In this document: positions 1 to 7,400 of the stretch, piece by piece
Position numbering within the stretch: position 1 is the first letter of the stretch
Layout: every line of letters begins with the position of its first letter
Origin: Minisyncoccota bacterium
GTDB lineage: Bacteria > Patescibacteriota > Minisyncoccia > Phycocordibacterales > UBA1550
Direction of reading: 5' to 3'
Length of the DNA stretch: 64,000 bases
Assembly (NCBI GenBank): GCA_023229865.1
Contig: JALNYL010000001.1
Location: 87,008-151,007, forward strand
Made by a program: the position numbers and the translations under genes
The notes under the pieces: generated by a model
The model's database searches: none
The model's input: only the letters and a program-made list of their open reading frames with translations
Told to the model about the DNA's origin: nothing

Positions 1-2
1 AA

Positions 3-413
3 GACATTCTCCTTCGAGAACAAAAATACGGACTCGGAATACTCTTTAACGACTGGCGCGTCTTTCAAGCGCTGATGCCTGAGCAGAAAAAGTACCGCGA
101 CCTCGACGGCCCTTACTGGTATCAATACCCCCAAGGCGAGTCGATTCCTGACGTACAACTAAGGATGCGGATTTTCGCGCTCGACACACTCGCAAAATAC
201 GCAGGGCGAAACGTTCTCATCATCTCGCACCACAGGACGATCCTCTCTTATGTCGCAAACCAGAAAAATCTGTCTCCTGAACAAGTTCTTGCGCTCGACA
301 AAAAAGAACGCCCAGCGAACTGCGGCGTGACGACTTTAATCGGCGACAACTATTTCGGGGACTGCAAGGGGCTCAAACTTGAGTACTACAACAGATGCTT
401 CTGGAAAGATTGA
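3..413 (+). CDS. Histidine phosphatase (phosphoglycerate mutase-like) family protein, 5' truncated by the window edge
   Basis: Frame is open from nt 3 (DILLREQKYG...). It carries LREQxxG, YPQGES, the LIISH second catalytic His motif and a PANCGVT motif. The N-terminal RHG motif would lie outside the window. Confidence 0.8.
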   Translation, partial: DILLREQKYGLGILFNDWRVFQALMPEQKKYRDLDGPYWYQYPQGESIPDVQLRMRIFALDTLAKYAGRNVLIISHHRTILSYVANQKNLSPEQVLALDKKERPANCGVTTLIGDNYFGDCKGLKLEYYNRCFWKD

Positions 414-424
414 TGCAAAATTAC

Positions 425-458
425 AGCCCGCGACGGTTACGTCGCGGGCTGATTTTTT
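425..458 (+). terminator. Intrinsic terminator
   Basis: CAGCCCGCGAC-GGTTAC-GTCGCGGGCTG stem followed by a T tract, just after the stop codon. Confidence 0.8.
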
Positions 459-471
459 ACTCTTTTTCTAC

Positions 472-500
472 TTGACAATAATATTGCATCGTGGGAAAAT
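472..500 (+). promoter_or_regulatory. Putative sigma70 promoter for the ORF at 541
   Basis: TTGACA-17 nt-GAAAAT. Confidence 0.5.
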
Positions 501-540
501 AGTATCAGAACATTCATTAATCAACTACGCGGAGGTTGCC

Positions 541-714
541 ATGTTTTGCGCATACTGCAAAAAAGAAATCCGTGGCCCATACATTACAGTAATTGTGGAC
601 GCCGCGAAGAAAGATTTCTGCAACGAAGAACACTCATATAAATACTTCAAGGAGCAAGATCGCATCATTCTTGAAGAGTTTGCACAATCTCAGAAAACTC
701 CTGAGCAAAAGTAA
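541..714 (+). CDS. 57-aa zinc-binding microprotein (TRASH/treble-clef-like, CxxC...CxxxH)
   Basis: MFCAYCKKEI...FCNEEH. GGAGGT SD upstream of ATG 541, with its own promoter and terminator. Confidence 0.7.
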   Translation: MFCAYCKKEIRGPYITVIVDAAKKDFCNEEHSYKYFKEQDRIILEEFAQSQKTPEQK

Positions 715-720
715 GAAAAC

Positions 721-760
721 AAAAAGGCCATCCTCGGATGGCCTTTAATTTTTTTACTTT
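721..760. terminator. Bidirectional intrinsic terminator
   Basis: AAAGGCCATCC-TC-GGATGGCCTTT with A and T tracts on either side, between convergent genes. Confidence 0.75.
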
Positions 761-1552
761 TTACGAAATTTTCACCTCGACGTTAATCGGCCGACGAAGA
801 ACTTCCATCATCAGCTTCCGACGGGCGTGATTCACCTTCTGGGCGCGCTTGTTCTTACTGCTTCCGTCCCAGATAGCGTCCGCAAAACCCCATTCGACTG
901 CTTCATCCGCTGAGAACCAAACGTCGATATGCTTGCGGATCAAACTGTCGAGCTTTTTCCGAATCCACTTCGGCGGCTTCGAGCGGTATTTCCCCTGCTC
1001 CTTGAGCCGCGCAACATAGATACGAAACATGAGCTCGCGCGACTTCCGACGTTCAATGTCATTCGTTTGGGCTTCTTGGTCAAGCCCATAGGTCGCATAC
1101 TGTCCATGATGGTACATATATTGTGCCGGAGGGCGAATATAGAACCGATCTGCAGCAAGCGGAATGATTGACGTCATCGAACGCGCCCATTTCGTAGCAA
1201 TCACTGTCGTTGGGTTTGGACAAGTAAGGAGTGCCCCAAACATCTGCAGTCCTGCTTCCATATCACCACCACAACTCGACATTACTACCACGAGCGGACG
1301 TTTCGGGTCGATACTGCTCAGAAGATGTAGGTTCGCTTCGAACCTGTTCGCCATCATGTACTCAACCCCTGGTTCGCCGAGTTCGAGGTCCGAGTGACTC
1401 TCTAGGTGACCAGGATCGCCCCCGACGTAGATGATGAAGTCACTACGATTGACGCGGAAGTTGTGCACGTCCTCGGTGAGTTTGTCCCCCAGGAGGGCCT
1501 CCGTGTGCTTCTTCTGCAACTTACGATCAACCTTATCCTTTTTTGCTGACAT
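761..1552 (-). CDS. Divergent ClpP-like serine protease (peptidase S14 fold)
   Basis: SCGGD (cf. SPGG), ARSMTS (catalytic Ser, cf. AASM), YMYHH (His, cf. IMIHQ), IDVWFSADEAVEWGFAD (cf. RDxFMSAEEAVEYGLID). AAGGGG SD upstream. Confidence 0.85.
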   Translation of the reverse strand: MSAKKDKVDRKLQKKHTEALLGDKLTEDVHNFRVNRSDFIIYVGGDPGHLESHSDLELGEPGVEYMMANRFEANLHLLSSIDPKRPLVVVMSSCGGDMEAGLQMFGALLTCPNPTTVIATKWARSMTSIIPLAADRFYIRPPAQYMYHHGQYATYGLDQEAQTNDIERRKSRELMFRIYVARLKEQGKYRSKPPKWIRKKLDSLIRKHIDVWFSADEAVEWGFADAIWDGSSKNKRAQKVNHARRKLMMEVLRRPINVEVKIS

Positions 1553-1657
1553 GACTTTCCCCTTTCGAGTGAGAAATGTGTTTTAAAAGAGTACTTCTGT
1601 TCCAGACAAAATCCTACCTTATTGTGGGAGAAAATGGAAGCACAGGAGCTTGCTCTA

Positions 1658-1697
1658 ATTTTCGCAATAAGAAACTATCGCTTCTTGTTGCGAAAAT
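1658..1697. promoter_or_regulatory. Inverted repeat upstream of the ClpP-like gene (possible operator or hairpin)
   Basis: ATTTTCGCAATAAGAA-8 nt-TTCTTGTTGCGAAAAT, 15 of 16 positions complementary. Confidence 0.45.
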
Positions 1698-1737
1698 AGG
1701 GGTCAAAGAAAAACACTCCGTTTTTGCAAACTGAGTG

Positions 1738-1941
1738 TTAAGGTTCTTCTGGTGATATATACACCTGTTTGAGTGGTGGGCAGACGATATGAGTGTATCT
1801 GGTCGTACCAGTCGGGACATCATAACTTTTTTGATATGCATCAGTGCGGATATTGATTTCCTGACAACACTTCTCGCAGAGATGATATTCAAAAATATTT
1901 GTCCTGATGCGCAATTTTTTCGGATTCTCTTGATTAGTCAT
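1738..1941 (-). CDS. 67-aa CxxC...HxxC zinc-finger microprotein
   Basis: MTNQENPKK...EYHLCEKCCQEI...RYTHIVC. ATG at 1941 overlaps the upstream stop (ATGACTAA). GGGGG upstream. Confidence 0.7.
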   Translation of the reverse strand: MTNQENPKKLRIRTNIFEYHLCEKCCQEINIRTDAYQKSYDVPTGTTRYTHIVCPPLKQVYISPEEP

Positions 1942-2131
1942 TCTGTCCCCCGTAATCAATCTTCGGATAGCCATGGATACTGGCCACGAGCTCGGGCGCT
2001 TCAAAGAGACAACCGAGATGGTAGTACTTCGGGTGACTCTCAACTTCATCAATGATTGCGATCGGCGCATTGGGTGCAATATCTTGAAGACAGAGCCCGC
2101 AAAAATCGGGGTGATAGTCGTATTCAGCCAT
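1934..2131 (-). CDS. 65-aa CxxC...HxxC zinc-finger microprotein
   Basis: DYHPDFCGLCLQDI...KYYHLGC. GGAGGAG SD upstream. Confidence 0.75.
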   Translation of the reverse strand: MAEYDYHPDFCGLCLQDIAPNAPIAIIDEVESHPKYYHLGCLFEAPELVASIHGYPKIDYGGQND

Positions 2132-2205
2132 GATGTTCTCCTCCCAATATTAAAGTTCAAGGACTCCTTCAATACTACCCCACCGCCAGAAGAGAGTAAA
2201 GGGAC

Positions 2206-2248
2206 AAAAGAGAGAGCGCCACACCCCTCTGGGGTGTGGCGCTTTTTC
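2206..2248 (-). terminator. Intrinsic terminator after the 2418..2251 gene
   Basis: AGCGCCACACCCC-3 nt-GGGGTGTGGCGCT stem, followed by CTCTCTTTT on the minus strand. Confidence 0.7.
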
Positions 2249-2250
2249 AA

Positions 2251-2418
2251 TCACTTCTTCTTTTGTGGACACTTTACGTGCTCGTAGGTAGTACGCCCAC
2301 GGAGTTCCTTCTTCACCAGATTGGGGTCCGTAGCAGGAGCCATCTGCCGGCACTTACTACACGGGTGATACTCGGTGTGAAGCGCTGCCCCACCCCTTCC
2401 TACCTGAACGATGCGCAT
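2251..2418 (-). CDS. 55-aa CxxC...HxxC zinc-finger microprotein
   Basis: MRIVQV...EYHPCSKCRQM...TYEHVKC. AGAGGAG SD before ATG 2418, with a promoter upstream. Confidence 0.75.
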   Translation of the reverse strand: MRIVQVGRGGAALHTEYHPCSKCRQMAPATDPNLVKKELRGRTTYEHVKCPQKKK

Positions 2419-2486
2419 CTTGAATCTCCTCTTTGTAAGTTTCAATACTAAAAAATCTCAAGCAGAGCAAGAAAAACTCTAGCGCA

Positions 2487-2515
2487 ACAATACTACTATT
2501 CTCTATACCAGTCAA
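2487..2515 (-). promoter_or_regulatory. Putative sigma70 promoter for the microprotein cluster
   Basis: Minus strand TTGACT-17 nt-TATTGT. Confidence 0.6.
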
Positions 2516-2545
2516 TCCATCGTATTGATTCTTCATATCTAAATC

Positions 2546-2599
2546 ATTTACCTAGGACCGTCCTCGGCAGGCGCCTGCCGAGGACGGTCCTAGGTAAAT
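2546..2599. repeat. Perfect 54-bp palindrome (REPIN-like doublet), copy 1
   Basis: ATTTACCTAGGACCGTCCTCGGCAGGC followed directly by its exact reverse complement. Confidence 0.95.
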
Positions 2600-2606
2600 T
2601 TTACTG

Positions 2607-2634
2607 TTGCTCTTATTATTTTTTGTGCTAAACT
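2607..2634 (+). promoter_or_regulatory. Putative promoter of the metallophosphoesterase
   Basis: TTGCTC-16 nt-TAAACT with an extended -10 TG. Confidence 0.45.
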
Positions 2635-2754
2635 TCGAGTAATTAGGTTCGTACTTTTTGTTGCTTGGGGAAAGTTGAGATTTCTTTCGCGAGCAATCTC
2701 CCCTCTCCCCAGTCAATGAGGCTGGATTTGTCCTTTCACAACCAGGAGGTCATT

Positions 2755-3813
2755 ATGACTACCAAGAAAGCAGTCGGAAGCATGACAGAGCAACCCCCTG
2801 CGAGAAAGCAAACCAGCAGAGACAAGGAAATTCAAATCGTGTCTCTCAGGGGTGAGCTTCAATCGCTCAGGCGCAATTACAACGGAGCTCTCCATGAGCT
2901 GCAACAACTTCGCAGGGAGCAAGACGCTTTTCTGAGCATTGCCAATCGTGAAAAAACCACGCATATCATCGAGCCCTACCGTGCCGAAGGAAAATCTGAA
3001 GCAACGGCAATCGTGCTCGCGAGTGACTGGCACGTCGAAGAAGAAGTGAAGAAAGCCAAAACATCCGGCCTGAATCGCTACAACCTCGACATCGCGAAGG
3101 CACGCGCAGATCAGTTCTTCTCGCGCGCGGTCAAAATGATTCAAAAAGAGCAGCAGGACATCCCCATCAGGGAAATGGTTCTGTTCTTAGGCGGAGACTT
3201 CATCACGGGCAACATCCACGAAGAACTCCCCACGAACTGCCTGCTCGAACCCATGGATGCAATCGACTACGCCGAAGAGCTCATCGCAAGTGGCGTGGAA
3301 TTTATCCTCGCCCACACGAAACTCAAGGTAACGGTTGTTTGTTCTGTGGGGAATCACTCGCGCATCACCGAGAAAACATACATATCGGCCGAGCAAGGTC
3401 ACTCGCTCGAAACCTTCATGTATCGCAGTCTCAGGAAGCGCTTCGTCGGCGAAAAACGCATCACGTTTGTCATCGGTGAAGGGTATCACACCTACATCGA
3501 TGTCTACGGTCGCCAACTTCGCTTCCACCACGGGCACGGCATTCGTTACCAGGGTGGCGTCGGCGGTCTCACGATCCCCGTCAACAAAGCGATTGCGCAA
3601 TGGAACAAAGCGGTCCCCGCATTCCTCGACTGCTTTGGTCACTACCACACATCGATGTCGCTCTCGAACTTCGTCTCCAATGGTTCCCTCATTGGTTACA
3701 ATGCGTTTGCCTTGTCCATCAAGGCAGATTTCGAGCGGCCGCAACAATCGATGTTCTTGGTTGATAAGTTGCGTGGCAAAACGGTGTCCATCCCGCTCTT
3801 GTTTGATATCTAA
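2755..3813 (+). CDS. Calcineurin-like metallophosphoesterase with N-terminal coiled coil (Mre11/SbcD-superfamily motifs)
   Basis: All five motifs present: SDWH, GGD, GNH, HGH, GHYH. Heptad segment LRGELQSLRRNYNGALHELQQLRREQ. AGGAGGT SD supports the ATG at 2755. Confidence 0.85.
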   Translation: MTTKKAVGSMTEQPPARKQTSRDKEIQIVSLRGELQSLRRNYNGALHELQQLRREQDAFLSIANREKTTHIIEPYRAEGKSEATAIVLASDWHVEEEVKKAKTSGLNRYNLDIAKARADQFFSRAVKMIQKEQQDIPIREMVLFLGGDFITGNIHEELPTNCLLEPMDAIDYAEELIASGVEFILAHTKLKVTVVCSVGNHSRITEKTYISAEQGHSLETFMYRSLRKRFVGEKRITFVIGEGYHTYIDVYGRQLRFHHGHGIRYQGGVGGLTIPVNKAIAQWNKAVPAFLDCFGHYHTSMSLSNFVSNGSLIGYNAFALSIKADFERPQQSMFLVDKLRGKTVSIPLLFDI

Positions 3814-3845
3814 ACAGAGCGCGTGACCACTCCTGTAGTTCTTTC

Positions 3846-3872
3846 AAAGCCCCTGATTCTAGGGGCTTTTTA
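3846..3872 (+). terminator. Intrinsic terminator
   Basis: AAAGCCCCT-GATTCT-AGGGGCTTT followed by a T tract. Confidence 0.75.
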
Positions 3873-3883
3873 TTTTACTGTTT

Positions 3884-3939
3884 GTATTACCTAGGACCGT
3901 CCTCGGCAGACCCCCGCCGAGGACGGTCCTAGGTAATAC
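3884..3939. repeat. 24-bp-arm inverted repeat (REPIN-like doublet), copy 2
   Basis: GTATTACCTAGGACCGTCCTCGGC-AGACCCCC-GCCGAGGACGGTCCTAGGTAATAC. Shares TTACCTAGGACCGTCCTCGGC with copy 1. Confidence 0.95.
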
Positions 3940-3957
3940 GGCTGGACATTGCGCATG

Positions 3958-3988
3958 ACTTGACTTTTTTAGTCAAGTATGCTATCTT
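3958..3988 (+). promoter_or_regulatory. Cold-shock gene promoter with a palindrome over the -35
   Basis: TTGACT-17 nt-TATCTT with TG extension. ACTTGACT-TTTTT-AGTCAAGT overlaps the -35. It implies a ~95-nt leader, as is usual for csp genes. Confidence 0.55.
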
Positions 3989-4091
3989 TAAGACACAAAA
4001 GTAGGAGGGATTGTAGGAAGAGAACATTTTTCACACGAGACTGTAGCTAATTTTGTATATTATAAAGTTTGTTTAAAGTAAAAAAAGAAAT

Positions 4092-4289
4092 ATGAAAGGA
4101 GTAATCAAGAAGGTAACTGACAAGGGTTTTGGTTTTATCACCGCAGAAGGTATGGAGAAGGATCTCTTCTTCCACGCTAACTCACTCGTAGGCGTATCAT
4201 TTGATGACGTTCGCGAGGGTGATGAAGTAACATTCGAAACTGAGGACTCTCCAAAGGGTATGTCAGCAGTAAACGTAGAGCGCGTATAA
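4092..4289 (+). CDS. cspA: Cold-shock domain protein
   Basis: KGFGFI (RNP1) and LFFHAN (RNP2) motifs, 65 aa. Confidence 0.95.
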   Translation: MKGVIKKVTDKGFGFITAEGMEKDLFFHANSLVGVSFDDVREGDEVTFETEDSPKGMSAVNVERV

Positions 4290-4308
4290 ATAACGCAATC
4301 GCGTAAAA

Positions 4309-4350
4309 CAAAAATCCCGCCGTCGCAAGACGGCGGGATTTTTGTTTTTT
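4309..4350 (+). terminator. Intrinsic terminator
   Basis: AAAATCCCGCCGTC-GCAA-GACGGCGGGATTTT followed by a T tract. Confidence 0.85.
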
Positions 4351-4413
4351 GCTATCCACAGATATTTACTCCCCTTCACAAAGAAAGCAGTGTATAATAA
4401 GAGTAACTATCCT

Positions 4414-7400
4414 ATGTACACTTCAACACACAAAACAAAAATAAAATTATTCGCAATCATTTTCCCTGTTCTCTTCTTTGTTTTGTTAAACGTGCAAACA
4501 ATACACGCACAAGAAGTGGCGACGAGCACAGAAAAAACTTCTGTTCTCTTTCTTGGTAATAAAAATCTTGCTCCCGTAATCTCTCTCAACAGAGAAACTC
4601 CCAATGGGGTAGCGATTGATATCGTTAGAGCAGTTTCTCAATACATCTCTCTTCCTGTGGATATACAAACAGCGGATTGGGCAGAGGCACAAAAGCTCGT
4701 CGCGGAAGGAGGCGCTGATGCGCTTATTCAAATAAACCCCACCGAGGAGAGAAGAAAAATTTATGATTTTTCTGGACCTCTTCTTGAAACCCATATCAGT
4801 GTTTTCACGCGCACAGCACAAGGGGTCCAAAATATTGAGAGTTTGCACAACCTCAGGGTTGGGGTCGAGGCCGGCGGACTCCCCGAGCAACTCCTCAAAG
4901 AACATCCAGGGGTGCTGAATCACTCGGAAATAACTCTCGTCTTTATCGAAAATTTCCTCGATGGATTTAATCTATTAAAAAACGATTCTCTAGATGCTGT
5001 TGTTGTCGATGAGCGTGTGGGTAAATACATTCTTGCAACAAACAACATTCGAGGAATAAAAATATCAGGAGACCCTATTTATTCTTCTTATTCCGCCATT
5101 GCAGTAAAAAAAGGAAATGAATTACTCCTCAATGAAATCAACGAGGGGCTGCAAAAAATAAAAGCCGATGGGACGTATCAAAAAATATTAGACTCTTGGT
5201 CGGCGCAGGATGTTATTTTCCAAACACAAGAAGAAGCAACTCAAGAAATCTATCTCATCACTTCCGTAACATTAGGTGGACTCCTTCTTGTTACTATCAT
5301 TTGGGTAATCGCCATAAAAATACAAATCGGAAAAAGAAGATCTCTAGAAAAGCACGAGGCGGAAATCCAAAAGGAGCTACAAAGAAAAGATGTAAATCTT
5401 CATCAATCAATGGAGACCGCGCGTGATGGTGTCATTGTGATGGGAGCTGATGGTACGGTTACTTTTTGGAACAAAGCAGCTGAACAGATTTTTGGATACA
5501 CAAAAGAAGAAGCTATTGGCAGAGATCTTCATCGTCTCATTGCTTCTCCTGAGGACCAAGCTGTTTTCAAGGAGCGTTTCCATAAGTTCCTCGCCACAGG
5601 AGATGGTCCTATTGTAAATGTCGTACGCGAACTCACTGCAATCCGCAAAAACGGTGAGCAGTTCCCTGTTGAGCTTTCTGTCTCCGCTTCAAAGATTGAC
5701 AGTGGGTGGATCGCGACGGGTATCGTGCGCGATATCTCTGAGCGCAAGAAAGCTGAAAACGAACTTAAGGCTACTACAAAAAACCTCAATGATGCCCAAC
5801 GAGTAGCACGTATCGGAAGCTGGGAGCTTGATATCAAGACTAATAAACTTATTTGGTCCAATGAGATTTTTGAGATTTTTGAGATTGACCAAACAAAATT
5901 TGGAGCAACCTACGAGGCGTTTCTTGATGCTGTTCACCCCGAAGACAAAGATGCGGTGAGTCAGGCATACACAAACTCTCTCAAGACTAAGGAGTCCTAC
6001 TCTATCGACCATCGCCTCCTCATGAAAGACGGGCGCATTAAATATGTGCACGAAGAGTGCACGACACATTACGCAAGCGACGGGACCCCGCTTCGTTCTG
6101 TTGGCACCGTCCAAGACATCACCGAGCGCAAAAAAGCAGAACTTGATATTTCAAAAAAGAGTCGCGCTCTTCGCATGTTGAGCGATACCAACAATGCACT
6201 TATCCACGCCGACAACGAAAAAGAACTCCTTGATCAAGTTTGTGAAATCATGACAAAGGAGGGTGGATATCGTCTTGTGTGGATTGGAGGAATTGAACAC
6301 GACCAAAATATGACTATTCGCCCCATGGCACAAGTCGGATTTGAGGATGGTTACCTCGAATCACTCAACTGGAGCTGGGGAGACACCGATCGCGGGCAAG
6401 GCCCCGAAGGTGTTGCCGCGCGCACCAACGCTCCCATTATTGTTCATAATATTGCAACAGACCCAAAAACATTTCTTTGGCACGAAGATGCAAAAGAACG
6501 AGGATATCAATCTCTTGGGGTTTTCCCTATTGCTGACGACAAGGGCGCTTTTGCTGTCATGGGAATCTACGCAGGAGAACCAACTGCGTTTAGTGAAGAC
6601 GAGATTGAGATTCTTAAAGAAATGACCGATGACCTAGCTTTTGGCATTACCACTCTTCACGAACGAAAAGAACATGAACTAGCTGAAGAAAAATTCACAG
6701 CAACATTCCACGCGTCCCCCGATGCGATGATCATTGTAAGACTTTCAGACAATAAAATCCTCGATGTAAATGAAGCATTTTCGCAAATTCTAGGGTACGC
6801 GCACGATGATGTCGTAGGAGGTTCCACCAATGATTTCCCTGTCTGGGTAGATTCCGCAGATCGCAGCACTTTCGAAAAAACCATTGCCGAAAAGGGAACG
6901 ATTTCTGGTTTTGAAACTCCCATGAGAAAAAAAGATGGTGGCGTCATCGAGTCCCTCGGCTCAGCAAGAACCATTGATATCAATGGAGAAAAGTGTATCT
7001 TGTCGACAATTCACGACATCACGGAACGCAATCGCACAGAAAAACAGCGTCTCGCAAATCTTAAGTTTATCGAAAATACCAATAAGATAAACCAAGTAAT
7101 TCAAAAATCTACCGACTTTGAACAAACGATGAGCTCGGTGCTTGATGCAATGCTCTCTATTTTTGGCAGCGACCGTGCATGGCTTATCACTCCATGCGAT
7201 CCATGGTCCCTCCATTATCGCGTGCCAATGGAAAGATCCAGACCAGAATACCCTGGAGCATCTGTCTCAGGGATGGATGTCCCTGTCGACCCTGATACAA
7301 CGATTCTTTTTCAAAAGACACGTGCGACCGATGGCCCTGTTGTCTTTAACTCAGAAACCGACCCTCCCCTTCCCCCGGAAATCACCAAACATTTCCAGGT

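Noticed and set aside
379-540. N-terminal extension of ORF 379..714
   Set aside because: It runs through a terminator and promoter. The SD supports ATG 541.
1942-2250. 170-aa ORF 1738..2250 as a single gene
   Set aside because: The upstream part crosses a terminator and overlaps the SD-led 2131..1934 gene. Only 1941..1738 looks real.
1-3939. Prophage remnant (ClpP-like as prohead protease, phage-like phosphoesterase)
   Set aside because: No portal, terminase, capsid, integrase or att site is visible, and the genes have separate promoters and terminators. A phage origin of single genes is not excluded.
2546-3939. CRISPR array or IS terminal inverted repeats
   Set aside because: There are only two units 1.3 kb apart, with no spacers, cas genes, transposase or evident target-site duplication.
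5410-5745. FixL-type heme PAS oxygen sensor in the kinases
   Set aside because: The PAS domains resemble FixL, but by eye the proximal His position appears to be Phe (DQAVF, LNAF), so heme binding is unsupported.
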